A stretch of 64,000 bases of DNA from Patescibacteria group bacterium (lineage in GTDB: Bacteria > Patescibacteriota > Patescibacteriia > SG8-24 > DYFX01): positions 604,129-668,128 of the forward strand of contig CP129476.1 in NCBI GenBank assembly GCA_030583805.1, written 5' to 3'. Made by a program: the position numbers and the translations under genes. The number at the start of each line of letters is the position of its first letter. Position 1 is the stretch's first letter. Below are positions 9,151 to 19,001 of this stretch, in pieces. Under the pieces are notes generated by a model. It was not told the DNA's origin, made no database searches, and worked only from the letters and a program-made list of their open reading frames with translations.

Positions 9151-9465
9151 ATGGACGAAATGCGCGCGTTCTATCGGCCTCTCGGGGAAGCTCTTCGAAA
9201 TACTCGAATCGAGCTAAATTTAACGCTGGAGGAGACTTTGATTCGAAGCGAGCTTGGTCTAAACAAGTCTTCCCTGGTCAACATAGAAAAGGGACGGCAA
9301 CAGATTTCAATTTTTCAACTTTATAGACTATGTAAAGCCTTGCGGATCTCCCCTACTCATTTTCTTGAACAAGTATTCGAAACCCCTGTTAATCTCGATT
9401 TAGGTATTTTCCTGAGTGACGGATCGGAAAGAAAGAAAATGATTGAACTGATCAACAAGTATTAG
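9151..9465 (+). CDS. XRE-family helix-turn-helix transcriptional regulator
   Basis: 104 aa. LRNTRIELNLTLEETLIRSELGLNKSSLVNIEKGRQQISIFQLYRLCKAL is a Cro/C1-type HTH. Local GC is far lower than the flanks. Confidence 0.75.
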   Translation: MDEMRAFYRPLGEALRNTRIELNLTLEETLIRSELGLNKSSLVNIEKGRQQISIFQLYRLCKALRISPTHFLEQVFETPVNLDLGIFLSDGSERKKMIELINKY

Positions 9466-9466
9466 C

Positions 9467-9994
9467 ATGTTCTACAATCAGACAAATGAGCTGCGAAGCA
9501 GGGCTAGTAAATTAATTGAACTTTTGCCTTTGGAAAAAAGGATACCCGTTGCGGTTGAAGATCTTCCGGGTCTTTTGGGAATCAATGTAGATTATTCTGA
9601 TAGTCTTCCAGACGAAATATCGGGCTTCTTTAAAAGGAACGGAAAGGGAAATACTCCTGTAATTGTGATCAATAGCGCACACCCAAAGGAGCGCGGACGT
9701 TTTACGCTCGCTCATGAGATTGGACATTACCTACTGCACGCGCAAAAGGCAGTCACTATTAATACACTGCATTTCCGGAAAAGAGATAGCAGCCTTTCAC
9801 TTGATCTTGAAGAAATTGAGGCGAATCAATTTGCTGCAGAGCTATTGATGCCCTACCATTTGATGATTTCAGAAATTACCGGTAGCGATTTATTAAATCA
9901 TGATTCCGTGAATAAACTTACAACTAAACTTTCAAAGAAGTTTCTGGTAAGCGAACAGGCGATGACTTTCCGTATTGCCAAGCTTTTTTTCTAA
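9467..9994 (+). CDS. ImmA/IrrE-family zinc metallopeptidase (COG2856-like)
   Basis: 175 aa. HEIGHYLLH HExxH motif plus downstream E...AAELLMP, characteristic of ImmA/IrrE. Its ATG lies 2 nt after the XRE stop. Low GC. Confidence 0.8.
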   Translation: MFYNQTNELRSRASKLIELLPLEKRIPVAVEDLPGLLGINVDYSDSLPDEISGFFKRNGKGNTPVIVINSAHPKERGRFTLAHEIGHYLLHAQKAVTINTLHFRKRDSSLSLDLEEIEANQFAAELLMPYHLMISEITGSDLLNHDSVNKLTTKLSKKFLVSEQAMTFRIAKLFF

Positions 9995-10010
9995 AAATTT
10001 GTACTAAAAG

Positions 10011-10040
10011 AACCGCCAAAGGGCGGCTCTTTTTTTCTTC
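10011..10040 (+). terminator. rho-independent terminator CCGCC-aaag-GGCGG followed by a T7 run
   Basis: Stem-loop plus T-run immediately after the ImmA stop. Confidence 0.55.
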
Positions 10041-10129
10041 ATCCTCGCGTACTGATTATGACATTCGACGCGGTGCGGGTACTGCCCTGGAAACCCGTTG
10101 TTTGGAGGGGTATTACTCGTGCTGCGTCA

Positions 10130-10170
10130 ATACCAAAAGAACCCCGACATGACGTCGGGGTTCTTTCTTG
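10130..10170. terminator. bidirectional hairpin AACCCCGAC-atgac-GTCGGGGTT downstream of secY
   Basis: 9-bp stem, A-rich before and T-rich after. Confidence 0.5.
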
Positions 10171-10174
10171 GATC

Positions 10175-11458
10175 TTATTTGATGCTGTCGTAGTCGTACT
10201 CGCGCATCGTCATCTGACTCTCGACCTGCCGGACGATTTCCAGCACGACCGAGACGATGATGAGGAGCGAGGAGCCGCCGACGACCAGGTTCTGCGAGCC
10301 CGTGAGGAACTGCTGAACCAGGAGCGGCAGGATGGCGATCGCGGCGATCGCGGCTGCGCCAGCCAGGGTGATGCGGTTGACCGTATACGTCAGGTAGTCG
10401 GCCGTCGGCTTGCCCGGGCGGATGCCCGGAACGTAGCCGCCCTGCTTCTGCAGGTTTTCCGCGATACGCTCCGGTTTGAAGACGATCGCGGTGTAGAAGT
10501 AGGTGAAGGCGAAGACCAGGACGAAGTACGAAATGCCGTACACGAGCTGGTTTTGCGAAGCGACGAGCACCCAGTTGGCGGCATCTGCGAGCCATGCCGT
10601 TTTGGCACGGACGAAGAACTGCGCGACCATCGGCGGGAACAGGACGATCGAGATCGCGAAGATGATCGGGATCACGCCGGCCATGTTCACGCGAAGCGGC
10701 AGGTGTGTGTTGGCGCCGCCCGCCGTGCCGTTTCCAACTACGCGCTTGGCGTAGGTTACCGGGACGTTGCGCTGGGCTTCCGAGATCACGACGACGCCGG
10801 CGACCGTCAGCACCGCGACCAAGAGGAACGCGATGTAGATCGGCAGCTTGGACGGATCATACGTGAGCAAGGCTTGCTGCGTGAGGCGCGGCAGGCTCGT
10901 GACGATGCCCGCGAAGATCAGGATCGAGATGCCGTTTCCGACTTTCTGCGCGTCGATCAGTTCGCCGAGCCAGACCAAGAACATCGTACCGGCCGTCATC
11001 GCGAGCAGCGTCGTCGCCAATTGAATGGCGTCGAGGCTCGTGATCACGCCCGAGGACTGCTTGAGCAGGCTGATCATGGCGTAGGCCTGAAGCACCGCGA
11101 GCGGCACCGTCAGGTAGCGGGTGTACTGGTTGATCTTGCGCTGGCCTTGTTCGCCTTCCTTTTGAAGGTCTTCAAGGGCGGGAACGATCATGCCCAGGAG
11201 CTGCAGGATGATGGAGGCGGTGATGTACGGACCGACGCCGAGCGACACGAGCGAGAAGTTGTCGAGCGTGCCGCCGGAGAAGACGTTCATCAGGCCGAGC
11301 AGCTGGTTCGACTGGAAGAACGCCCGCAGGTTCGCCAAATCGACACCCGGAATCGGGATGTGCGCGGCGATGCGGAAGACGACCAGAAGCAGCAGCACCT
11401 TAAGCAGACTGGCACGGAGATCCTTCTGTTTCCAGATTTGGGAGAATTTGGCCCACAT
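10175..11458 (-). CDS. secY: preprotein translocase subunit SecY
   Basis: 427 aa, 10 TM helices, conserved SecY N-terminus and plug region. Confidence 0.95.
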   Translation of the reverse strand: MWAKFSQIWKQKDLRASLLKVLLLLVVFRIAAHIPIPGVDLANLRAFFQSNQLLGLMNVFSGGTLDNFSLVSLGVGPYITASIILQLLGMIVPALEDLQKEGEQGQRKINQYTRYLTVPLAVLQAYAMISLLKQSSGVITSLDAIQLATTLLAMTAGTMFLVWLGELIDAQKVGNGISILIFAGIVTSLPRLTQQALLTYDPSKLPIYIAFLLVAVLTVAGVVVISEAQRNVPVTYAKRVVGNGTAGGANTHLPLRVNMAGVIPIIFAISIVLFPPMVAQFFVRAKTAWLADAANWVLVASQNQLVYGISYFVLVFAFTYFYTAIVFKPERIAENLQKQGGYVPGIRPGKPTADYLTYTVNRITLAGAAAIAAIAILPLLVQQFLTGSQNLVVGGSSLLIIVSVVLEIVRQVESQMTMREYDYDSIK

Positions 11459-11489
11459 AGTAGTGGCAGTCTACCGTAATGACGAAGGC

Positions 11490-11927
11490 TTAGGCAATCG
11501 AACCGCCGGCTTTCTCGATCGCGGCTTTGGCGCCGGCCGAGACGTTGAGGCCCTTGAGCGTCAACTTGCGCGACAGCTCGGAGGAACCGACAACTTTGAG
11601 CGGCGCGCGGGTGTCGGTGATGACGCCGCGCTTCGCGAGTTCGGCGCGCGTGACGATGCCGCCCTGCGGAAACGCTTTCACGAGATCGTGAAGGGTGATC
11701 GTGCCGTCCTTGCCGTACTGGCTCTTGAAGCCGCGCAGCTTCGGAATGCGGCGGATGATCATCTTCATGCCCATGAGGCGCAGCTTGTTGCGGCCGCCCG
11801 TGCGAGCTTTCTGACCCTTGGTACCCTTACCGGCGGTTTTACCGCGGCCGGAACCAGGACCGCGGCCGAGCCGGCGGGTCGAGGTCTTTGCGCCTTTGGC
11901 AGGCTTGAGAGAGTGGAGTTTCAGCAT
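11490..11927 (-). CDS. rplO: 50S ribosomal protein L15
   Basis: Gly/Arg-rich N-terminus GRGPGSGRGKTAGKG, L15 fold. Confidence 0.9.
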   Translation of the reverse strand: MLKLHSLKPAKGAKTSTRRLGRGPGSGRGKTAGKGTKGQKARTGGRNKLRLMGMKMIIRRIPKLRGFKSQYGKDGTITLHDLVKAFPQGGIVTRAELAKRGVITDTRAPLKVVGSSELSRKLTLKGLNVSAGAKAAIEKAGGSIA

Positions 11928-11928
11928 A

Positions 11929-12516
11929 TTAGGCGTTGACGACCACTTTCTTCAGGCGAAGCTGCTGGAGCGCGTCCAGGGTCGCTTTCGTGTTGTTGAT
12001 CTTGTTCTTGCCGCCGAGAAGCTTGCCGATGATGTTCGGCACGCCGGCGAGTTCCATCACGACGCGCATGGCGCCGCCGGCTTTGACGCCGGTACCTTTC
12101 GGGGCGGGCTTCATCAGCACCTTGGAAGCGCCGAATTTGCTCTCGACCTGATGCGGGATGGTTTCGTTGACGAGCGGAATGGTCATGAGGCGCTTCTTGG
12201 CCTGCGTGACGGCTTTGTTGACCGCAGCCGAAACGTCGGCAGCCTTGGCGACACCGTAACCGACGCGGCCCTTGTGGTCGCCGATGATGACGGTGGCGCG
12301 GAAGCGCATGCGCTTGCCGCCCTTGGTGACGCGCGTGACGCGGTCAAGAGCGAGAATGCGCTGATCGAATTCCTTCGGCTCTTCCGGACGGCGGCCGCGC
12401 GGCGGACCGCGGCGGTCACCGCCACGGCCTCCACCGAAACCGCCACCGCGCGAGTCGCGGGACGGGGCGGCGCTGGTCGTCGCCGGAGCTGCGGATTTTG
12501 CGTTGGTGTTCTCCAT
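11929..12516 (-). CDS. rpsE: 30S ribosomal protein S5
   Basis: RVTKGGKRMRFRATVIIGD...VPNIIGK; directly follows rplO with no L30 ORF between. Confidence 0.9.
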   Translation of the reverse strand: MENTNAKSAAPATTSAAPSRDSRGGGFGGGRGGDRRGPPRGRRPEEPKEFDQRILALDRVTRVTKGGKRMRFRATVIIGDHKGRVGYGVAKAADVSAAVNKAVTQAKKRLMTIPLVNETIPHQVESKFGASKVLMKPAPKGTGVKAGGAMRVVMELAGVPNIIGKLLGGKNKINNTKATLDALQQLRLKKVVVNA

Positions 12517-12524
12517 AGTTCCGG

Positions 12525-12899
12525 TTAGAATTGCAGGCCTCCGGCGCGAGCGCCATCGGCGAGAGCCTTGATACGGCCGTGGTACGAGTAGCCTCCGCGA
12601 TCGAAGACGACGGCGGTGATGCCGGCCTTCTTGGCTTTCTCGGCGAGATCCTGTCCGACGGCGTGCGCCGAGGCGATCTTCGCTTCCATGCCTTCGACCT
12701 TGGCCGCCTTCTTGGACTTGGCGTCCGTGGCGGCGGCGAGCGTCTTGCCGGTCGCGTCGTCGATCAGCTGCGCGTAGATGTGCTTCGCGCTGCGGAAGAC
12801 CGCGAGGCGCGGGCGCTCCGCAGTACCGATGACGCGGGCGCGGATGCGCGCGCGGCGGCGGGTGCGGGTTTCGTTTTTCTTCTGGCTAAGAGATTTCAT
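12525..12899 (-). CDS. rplR: 50S ribosomal protein L18
   Basis: RLAVFRSAKHIYAQLIDD...VVFDRGGYSYHGRIKALADGAR. Confidence 0.9.
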   Translation of the reverse strand: MKSLSQKKNETRTRRRARIRARVIGTAERPRLAVFRSAKHIYAQLIDDATGKTLAAATDAKSKKAAKVEGMEAKIASAHAVGQDLAEKAKKAGITAVVFDRGGYSYHGRIKALADGARAGGLQF

Positions 12900-12908
12900 A
12901 GGCGTCGA

Positions 12909-13457
12909 TTACTTGGCGCCGGCCTTGGCCGACTTACCGGCCTTGCGGCGGATGACTTCGTCGACGTACTTGATGCCCTTGCCCTTGTACGGTTCCGGCT
13001 TGCGGATGCGGCGGATGCGCGCGGCGGTTTCGCCGACGAGCTGCTTGTCGATGCCGGAGAGCGTCAGCGTGTTCTTGTCGACTTTGGCTTCGATGCCGGC
13101 CGGGAGCGGGAAGTCGACTTCATGGGAGAAGCCCACGTCCATCTTCACGGTTTTTCCGGCAAGGCTCACCTTGTAGCCGACGCCGACGAACTCGAGACCC
13201 TTCTCGTACCCCTTGGTGACGCCGACGATCATGTTGGCGACCAAGCGGTTGAAGAGGCCCCAGAGGGCGCGGTCCTTCTTGTTTTCCTCGCTCTTGACGG
13301 CGACCGTCAACACGTCGCCCGCGCGCTCGAGGCGCACGTGCGGGTGCAGAGCGAGCTTCAGCTCCCCTTTCGGACCTTTGACGCGGACTTCCGTTTCGGA
13401 AATCGCGACGTCGACGCCCGCGGGGACCTGGATGAGTTTTTTACCGATACGAGACAT
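12909..13457 (-). CDS. rplF: 50S ribosomal protein L6
   Basis: MSRIGKKLIQVPAGVDVAI..., two L6 repeats. Confidence 0.9.
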   Translation of the reverse strand: MSRIGKKLIQVPAGVDVAISETEVRVKGPKGELKLALHPHVRLERAGDVLTVAVKSEENKKDRALWGLFNRLVANMIVGVTKGYEKGLEFVGVGYKVSLAGKTVKMDVGFSHEVDFPLPAGIEAKVDKNTLTLSGIDKQLVGETAARIRRIRKPEPYKGKGIKYVDEVIRRKAGKSAKAGAK

Positions 13458-13467
13458 AGTCGCGGGA

Positions 13468-13857
13468 TCAGTAGACTTCGCACACGACTTCGCCGCCCAG
13501 GCCGCGCTTGCGCGCTTCCTTGTTGGTCATAAGACCGGCGGAGGTCGAGACGATAGCGATGCCCTGGCCGTTCAAGACGCGGGGCAATTCGGTCTTCGTC
13601 GCATAGACGCGAAGTCCGGGTTTCGAAACGCGGCGGATGTCGCGGATAGCGGCTCCGTTCTCGTCGTAACGCACCTTGAGCTTGAGCTGCCCATGATGCT
13701 CGTCCGTTTTCTCGACATTCGAAAGGTAGCCCTCTTTCTCGAGGATCTTGGCGATCTCGAATTTCATCCGCGAGAGCGGGAGGACGACTTCCTGTTTGCG
13801 CACCATGGCGGCGTTGCGCAGCCGGGTGAGCATGTCAGCGATGGGGTCGGTCATCAT
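13468..13857 (-). CDS. rpsH: 30S ribosomal protein S8
   Basis: MMTDPIADMLTRLRNA...EVVCEVY. Confidence 0.9.
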   Translation of the reverse strand: MMTDPIADMLTRLRNAAMVRKQEVVLPLSRMKFEIAKILEKEGYLSNVEKTDEHHGQLKLKVRYDENGAAIRDIRRVSKPGLRVYATKTELPRVLNGQGIAIVSTSAGLMTNKEARKRGLGGEVVCEVY

Positions 13858-13860
13858 AAG

Positions 13861-14046
13861 TTACCAGCTAGCTTTCTTGATACCCGGGATCTCGCCACGG
13901 TTGGCGAGCTCACGGAAGCAGATGCGGCAGAGGTCGAAGTCGCGCATGAAACCATGGCGGCGACCGCAGCGCCAGCAGCGGCGGACGATGCGAGTCGTGA
14001 ACTTCGGCTTGCGGTTGGATTTGGCGATCTGATTTGCTGTTGCCAT
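13861..14046 (-). CDS. rpsN: 30S ribosomal protein S14, zinc-binding type Z
   Basis: 61 aa with [20 protein letters not shown]. Confidence 0.9.
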   Translation of the reverse strand: MATANQIAKSNRKPKFTTRIVRRCWRCGRRHGFMRDFDLCRICFRELANRGEIPGIKKASW

Positions 14047-14058
14047 AGGGGTGCGGCC

Positions 14059-14595
14059 TTAGCCGTGGAAGGGAAAGCCGAGACGTTTGAACAATTCCAG
14101 GCCCTCTTCACGGGTTTTGGCCGTGGAGGAGACCGTCACCTGCACGCCGTGCAGGCGTTCGATCTCGTCGGAGCGGATCTCCGGGAATGCGATGTACTCT
14201 TTGAAGCCGATCGAGAGGTTGCCCTGCTTGTCGACCAGTTTCGGAGAGATGCCGCGGAAGTCGCGGATGCGGGGCATGGTCACGTGGATCAGCTTCTCGA
14301 GGAAGTGCCACATGCGGTCGCCGCGGAGCGTGACCTTCATGCCGATATGCTGGCCTTCGCGGATCTTGAAGCTCGCGATCGACTTCTTCGCCAGCGTCTT
14401 GACCGGCTTCTGGCCGGTGATGCGGGTGAGCGTCGACTCGACGGTCTCCGGGATCTTGGGATCCTTGAGGAGGTTGGTGGACATGCCGACGTTGACTGAA
14501 ACCAGCTTCAGCTTCGGAACCGCCATGCGGTTCTTATAGCCGAAGTGCTTCATCAGGTCGGGAGCCACTTGTTTTTCGTAGATTTCGCGAAGCAT
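14059..14595 (-). CDS. rplE: 50S ribosomal protein L5
   Basis: Start taken at MLREIYEKQVAPDLMKHFGYKN (ATG 14595), abutting the rplX stop. Confidence 0.9.
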   Translation of the reverse strand: MLREIYEKQVAPDLMKHFGYKNRMAVPKLKLVSVNVGMSTNLLKDPKIPETVESTLTRITGQKPVKTLAKKSIASFKIREGQHIGMKVTLRGDRMWHFLEKLIHVTMPRIRDFRGISPKLVDKQGNLSIGFKEYIAFPEIRSDEIERLHGVQVTVSSTAKTREEGLELFKRLGFPFHG

Positions 14596-14596
14596 A

Positions 14597-14905
14597 TCAT
14601 TCGATCGTTTCACCGCTCTTCTTCATCACGCGGACCTTGCGGCCGTCTTCCAAGACCTTGTAGCCGACGCGTGTCGGCTTGCCGGACTTGTCGACGAGCA
14701 TGACGTTGGAAGCGTTGATCGGGCCGTTGTATTCGATCTTCTGTCCCTTTTCTCCCTGCTTGCGGGTCTTGGCGTGTTTGACGGTGGCGTTGACGCCCTC
14801 GACCACGACCTTGCCCTCCACGGGGAAGACTTGGAGAACCTTGCCGGTCTTGCCGCGGTCTTTGCCGGCCATGACCATCACGTTGTCGCCTTTTTTGATC
14901 TTCAT
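14597..14905 (-). CDS. rplX: 50S ribosomal protein L24
   Basis: MKIKKGDNVMVMAGKDRGKTGKVLQV KOW motif. The upstream part of the track ORF is R-rich overlap with rplN. Confidence 0.9.
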   Translation of the reverse strand: MKIKKGDNVMVMAGKDRGKTGKVLQVFPVEGKVVVEGVNATVKHAKTRKQGEKGQKIEYNGPINASNVMLVDKSGKPTRVGYKVLEDGRKVRVMKKSGETIE

Positions 14906-14916
14906 ATGGATGGTGA

Positions 14917-15288
14917 TCAGACGACTTCGGGAGCCAAGGAGATGATCTTGCCGTAGCCCATCGAGCGGAGCTCGCGGGCGACGGGTCCGAAGATGCGAGT
15001 ACCCTTCGGTTCCTTGCTCTCTTTGTCGATGATGACGGCAGCGTTGTCGTCGAAGCGCACGTAGGAGCCGTCCTTGCGGCGGGTTTCCTTGTGGATGCGG
15101 GTCAGGACCGCGTGAACGACGTCGCCCTTTTTGACCATCCCGTGCGGGACAGCCTCTTTGACGGCGCACGTCACGATGTCACCGAGGACCGCGTAGCGCT
15201 TTTTATAGCCGCCGAGCACGCGAATGACCTGGAGCTTTTTGGCGCCGGTGTTGTCGGCGACCTTCAGCATTGCACGATGTTGAACCAT
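14917..15288 (-). CDS. rplN: 50S ribosomal protein L14
   Basis: [21 protein letters not shown]... Confidence 0.9.
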   Translation of the reverse strand: MVQHRAMLKVADNTGAKKLQVIRVLGGYKKRYAVLGDIVTCAVKEAVPHGMVKKGDVVHAVLTRIHKETRRKDGSYVRFDDNAAVIIDKESKEPKGTRIFGPVARELRSMGYGKIISLAPEVV

Positions 15289-15298
15289 AGCGCGTGGG

Positions 15299-15550
15299 TT
15301 AAGCGGCTTTGCCGATCACGCGCCAGCGCTTATCGCGCGAGTACGGACGGCATTCTTCGAAGGCGACTTTGTCGCCGACCTTGAATTCGTTCTTTTCGTC
15401 GTGAACTTTAAAACGCTTCGACATGACGTACTGCTTGCCGTATTTGGCATGCGTCTTCACGGTGTCGACGTTGACGACGATCGTCTTCTGCATTTTGTCG
15501 GAGACGACGGTGCCGACGAGTTCGCGGCGGTTGTTCTGTTTCGTAGTCAT
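15299..15550 (-). CDS. rpsQ: 30S ribosomal protein S17
   Basis: [20 protein letters not shown]...[21 protein letters not shown]. Confidence 0.9.
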   Translation of the reverse strand: MTTKQNNRRELVGTVVSDKMQKTIVVNVDTVKTHAKYGKQYVMSKRFKVHDEKNEFKVGDKVAFEECRPYSRDKRWRVIGKAA

Positions 15551-15555
15551 ACGGC

Positions 15556-15747
15556 TTACTTACTGACCTCCTTTTTGAGGAGGGTCAGGATCCGCGCGAT
15601 CGTCTTGCGAGCGTTGCGGACTTTGCGGACGTTGCTCTCTTGGGAGGCAGCGATCGCGAAGCGCGTGGCACGCAGGTGCTCGCGCTGTTCACGAAGCAGC
15701 TTTTCCAGCTCCGCGAGAGGCTTGTCCTTGAGTTCCTTCAGCTTCAT
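15556..15747 (-). CDS. rpmC: 50S ribosomal protein L29
   Basis: 63 aa, MKLKELKDKPLAELEKLLREQREHL. Confidence 0.85.
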   Translation of the reverse strand: MKLKELKDKPLAELEKLLREQREHLRATRFAIAASQESNVRKVRNARKTIARILTLLKKEVSK

Positions 15748-15756
15748 AGAGCGGAA

Positions 15757-16173
15757 TTAGTCGTGCTTGGTGATGAATCGCGAGCGGAACGGCATCTTGT
15801 GGGACGCGAGGCGCATGGCTTCGCGCGCCGCCTCGACGGCAACGCCGTCCATTTCGAAGACGATCGTGCCGGGGCGGACAATCGCGACGTAGTGGTCGAC
15901 GCCGCCTTTGCCGCCGCCCATCGGGACTTCGAGTCCTTTGGTGGTGACCGGCTTGTCCGGGAAGATGCGGATCCAGATCTTGCCGCCGCGCTTGATGTAG
16001 CGCGACATGGTGCGGCGAGCCGCTTCGATCTGGCGCGAGGTGACCCAGGCAGGCGTCAGGGCCTTGAGGCCGAATTCGCCGAAGCTGAGCGAGAGCTTGG
16101 TGGTCGCCTTCTGGAGACCGGAGCTCTTCAGCTTGTGCCACTTGCGATGTTTGACTTTTTTCGGAATCAGCAT
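15757..16173 (-). CDS. rplP: 50S ribosomal protein L16
   Basis: [16 protein letters not shown]...[22 protein letters not shown]. Confidence 0.9.
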   Translation of the reverse strand: MLIPKKVKHRKWHKLKSSGLQKATTKLSLSFGEFGLKALTPAWVTSRQIEAARRTMSRYIKRGGKIWIRIFPDKPVTTKGLEVPMGGGKGGVDHYVAIVRPGTIVFEMDGVAVEAAREAMRLASHKMPFRSRFITKHD

Positions 16174-16182
16174 AGCGGTGGG

Positions 16183-16953
16183 TTACGCGGCTGCCTTTTT
16201 AGGAGCAGCGGCGCGAGGAGCCGGGCGGCGGTCGCCGCCTCCGCGCGGGCGGTCGCGATAGGCGCGTTCCGCGGCGGAGAGAGGCGCTTTGAGCGCCGGA
16301 GCGATGCCGTCCTTGTCGAAGATTTCGCCGCGGTAGATCCAGACTTTGACGCCGATGGCGCCGAAGATGGTGCGGGCGAAGTCAGCGGCGTAGTCGATGT
16401 CCGCGCGAAGGTTCTGCAGCGGGACGGAGCCCCACGAGAGCATTTCGCGGCGGGCGATTTCAGCGCCGTTCAAGCGGCCGGAGACCATGACCTTCACGCC
16501 GAGCGCGCCGGCCTTCTGGGCGCGGTCGATCGTCGTTTTGAGGACGCGGCGGAACGGCATGCGCTTTTCGAGGTCGGCGATCATGTTCTGCACCGTGATC
16601 GCGGCCGAGAGGCTCGGGCGCGCGACTTCGACGATGTTGAGCTGGACCTTCGACTTCTTGCTGCCAGAGAAGAATTTGTCGGCGAGCTTCTTCTTGAGGT
16701 CTTCGATGCCGGTGCCTCCGCGACCGATGACGAAACCCGGCTTGCCCGAGTGGATCGTGATCGTGATCTGGTTGCGTCCGCGGTCGATTTCAATTTTGTC
16801 GACGGCCGCTTCGCGCAGCGCGGTGCGGAGGAATTCGCGGATCTCGACGTCCTGGCGCAGATTGGCCTTGTAGTCGCCGCGGCTGAACCATTTCGAATCC
16901 CAGCTGTAAATGGTGCCGATGCGGAAGACTTTCGGATTGACTTTGTGTCCCAT
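16183..16953 (-). CDS. rpsC: 30S ribosomal protein S3
   Basis: MGHKVNPKVFRIGTIYSWDSKWF, KH domain, Arg/Pro/Ala-rich C-terminal tail. Confidence 0.9.
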   Translation of the reverse strand: MGHKVNPKVFRIGTIYSWDSKWFSRGDYKANLRQDVEIREFLRTALREAAVDKIEIDRGRNQITITIHSGKPGFVIGRGGTGIEDLKKKLADKFFSGSKKSKVQLNIVEVARPSLSAAITVQNMIADLEKRMPFRRVLKTTIDRAQKAGALGVKVMVSGRLNGAEIARREMLSWGSVPLQNLRADIDYAADFARTIFGAIGVKVWIYRGEIFDKDGIAPALKAPLSAAERAYRDRPRGGGDRRPAPRAAAPKKAAA

Positions 16954-16954
16954 A

Positions 16955-17404
16955 TTACTTCTTCTTCGCGGCAGCTTTCTTAGCGGCGGGCTTCTTCACG
17001 GCTTTCTTCGGCTTCTCTTCGTGCGCGTGGTCGTGACCGGCGTGGTCGTGAGCGTCTTCCTTCTTCAGGCCCGTCTTCGAAGCGAGGACGAGCGAGATGT
17101 GGCAGGTGCGCTTCAGGATCGGCGCGGCCGAGCCCATGGCGCGCGGGCGCCAGCGCTTCAAGGTCGGTCCTTGGTTGACCAGCGCCGACTTGATGAACAA
17201 GCCGCTGCGGTCGAGTTTGAAGTTGTGCGTGGCGTTGGCCACGGCGGACTCGAGGAGTTTCTTGACCGGACGGGCGGCCGCGCGCGACATGAAGGTCAGC
17301 TGCGCGAGCGCCGGGTCGACGGCCATCCCGCGGACAGCATCAACCACGAGCCGCACCTTGCGGGGCGACATGCGGAGATAGCGGGTGTGAGCTTTGACTT
17401 CCAT
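16955..17404 (-). CDS. rplV: 50S ribosomal protein L22 with His-rich, lysine-rich C-terminal extension
   Basis: MEVKAHTRYLRMSPRKVRLV... core, then KEDAHDHAGHDHAHEEKPKKAVKKPAAKK. Confidence 0.9.
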   Translation of the reverse strand: MEVKAHTRYLRMSPRKVRLVVDAVRGMAVDPALAQLTFMSRAAARPVKKLLESAVANATHNFKLDRSGLFIKSALVNQGPTLKRWRPRAMGSAAPILKRTCHISLVLASKTGLKKEDAHDHAGHDHAHEEKPKKAVKKPAAKKAAAKKK

Positions 17405-17409
17405 AGACG

Positions 17410-17736
17410 TTATTTCTTGGCAGCGGATGCGGCGGCCGGAGCGGCAGTCGCAGCCTTGGCGGCCTCGATTTCCTTGGTGAGTTTACCGCCATGGCGCTGG
17501 AACTTGCGCGTCGGAGCGAATTCGCCCAGACGGTGTCCGACCATGTTTTCTACGACGGTGACCGGCGTGTGCTGGCGTCCGTTATGAACGCCAATCGTGT
17601 AGCCGACCATCTCCGGCGTAATGACGGAAGAGCGCGACCACGTTTTCACGATGGTCTTGTCGCCCGGCTTCACCTTGGAGAGTTTTTTGAGGAGTTTGGG
17701 TTCCGTGAACGGACCCTTCTTCAGTGATCGGCTCAT
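17410..17736 (-). CDS. rpsS: 30S ribosomal protein S19
   Basis: [19 protein letters not shown]...[13 protein letters not shown]. Confidence 0.9.
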   Translation of the reverse strand: MSRSLKKGPFTEPKLLKKLSKVKPGDKTIVKTWSRSSVITPEMVGYTIGVHNGRQHTPVTVVENMVGHRLGEFAPTRKFQRHGGKLTKEIEAAKAATAAPAAASAAKK

Positions 17737-17737
17737 A

Positions 17738-18568
17738 TTACTTGCGGCGCTTCACGATGAATTTGGACGACTGCTTCTTGTGCTTCCTGGTCTTCACGCC
17801 GAGCGCGGGCTTGCCCCACGGAGTCTTCGGATGCTTGAGACCAATCGCGTTCTTGCCTTCACCACCGCCGTGCGGGTGGTCCACCGGGTTCATGACCTTA
17901 CCGCGGACGCGCGGGCGGAAGCCCTTGTGGCGCATGCGGCCAGCCTTGCCGAGACGGACGAGCCAGTGGTCGGGGTTCGAGACGACGCCGATCGTGGCTG
18001 CGCATTCCTTCGAGACCATGCGGTACTCGCCGGACGGGAGCTTGAGCTGCGCCATGTCGCCTTCGATGGCCATGAGCTGCGCGCCGTTGCCGGCGCCGCG
18101 AACCATTTTGCCGCCGGAGCCGACGTAGAGCTCGATGTCGTGGACCATGAGACCGATCGGGACGTGCTTGAGCGGCATGCGGTTGCCGTTCTTGCTTTCA
18201 ATCTTGTTCTGGGAGGAAACGATCGTCTCGCCGACTTTGAGGTTGGCGGGAGCCAGGATGTAGCTCTTCACGCCGTCGACGTAGTTGAGGAGCGCGAGGC
18301 GTCCGCCGCGGCCCGGATCGTATTCGATCGCGGCAACCTTGGCCGGAATGTCATAACGGCTGCGCATGAAATCGACCACGCGCACCATGCGCTTGGCGCC
18401 GCCGCCACGATGGCGAACGGTGATCTTGCCCTGGGAGTTGCGGCCGTCGATGCGCTTTTTGTGCACCAAGAGCGACTTCTCGGGAGCTTTTTTGGTCACG
18501 TCTTCGAACGAATCGACGCTCGCGCCGCGGCGTCCGAAGGTGATGGGTCGGTAGGATTTGATCGGCAT
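17738..18568 (-). CDS. rplB: 50S ribosomal protein L2
   Basis: 276 aa, [29 protein letters not shown]. Confidence 0.95.
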   Translation of the reverse strand: MPIKSYRPITFGRRGASVDSFEDVTKKAPEKSLLVHKKRIDGRNSQGKITVRHRGGGAKRMVRVVDFMRSRYDIPAKVAAIEYDPGRGGRLALLNYVDGVKSYILAPANLKVGETIVSSQNKIESKNGNRMPLKHVPIGLMVHDIELYVGSGGKMVRGAGNGAQLMAIEGDMAQLKLPSGEYRMVSKECAATIGVVSNPDHWLVRLGKAGRMRHKGFRPRVRGKVMNPVDHPHGGGEGKNAIGLKHPKTPWGKPALGVKTRKHKKQSSKFIVKRRK

Positions 18569-18577
18569 ACGCGGGAA

Positions 18578-19000
18578 TTAAGCGTTGGCGTACAAGTCGA
18601 TGCGATCGCCCTTCTTCAGGGTCACGATCGCCTTGCGCCAAGCGCTGCGGCGGCTCTTGCCGGCGCGGGTGCGCACGGGCTTGCCGGCGATGCGCATGAC
18701 GCGGACGTCCGTCGGCGTCACGCCGTAGACAGCCTTCACGGCCTTGCGGATCTCGAGCTTATTGGCGTCGGTCGCGACTTCGAAAGCGTACTGATTGTCC
18801 TTGCCAAGCAAGGTGCTCTTTTCGGTGACGATGGCGCGAACGAGCACGCGATAGGCGGCGCCGGTCTCGCGCGGAGCGCTGACGGCGACGGCCTTCTTCG
18901 GCTCTTCGGCTTTCGCCTCGGCCTTCGGCTTGTCAGCCTTGGTGGCCTTGGCGGGCGCTTTCTGGCCTTCCTCGTTTTTCTTGCGGTTGAAGAATCCCAT
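18578..19000 (-). CDS. rplW: 50S ribosomal protein L23 with Lys/Ala-rich N-terminal extension
   Basis: Core ...VLVRAIVTEKSTLLGKDNQYAFEV...KVKAV... preceded by about 45 aa KAPAKATKADKPKAEAKAEEPKK. Confidence 0.85.
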   Translation of the reverse strand: MGFFNRKKNEEGQKAPAKATKADKPKAEAKAEEPKKAVAVSAPRETGAAYRVLVRAIVTEKSTLLGKDNQYAFEVATDANKLEIRKAVKAVYGVTPTDVRVMRIAGKPVRTRAGKSRRSAWRKAIVTLKKGDRIDLYANA

Positions 19001-19001
19001 A

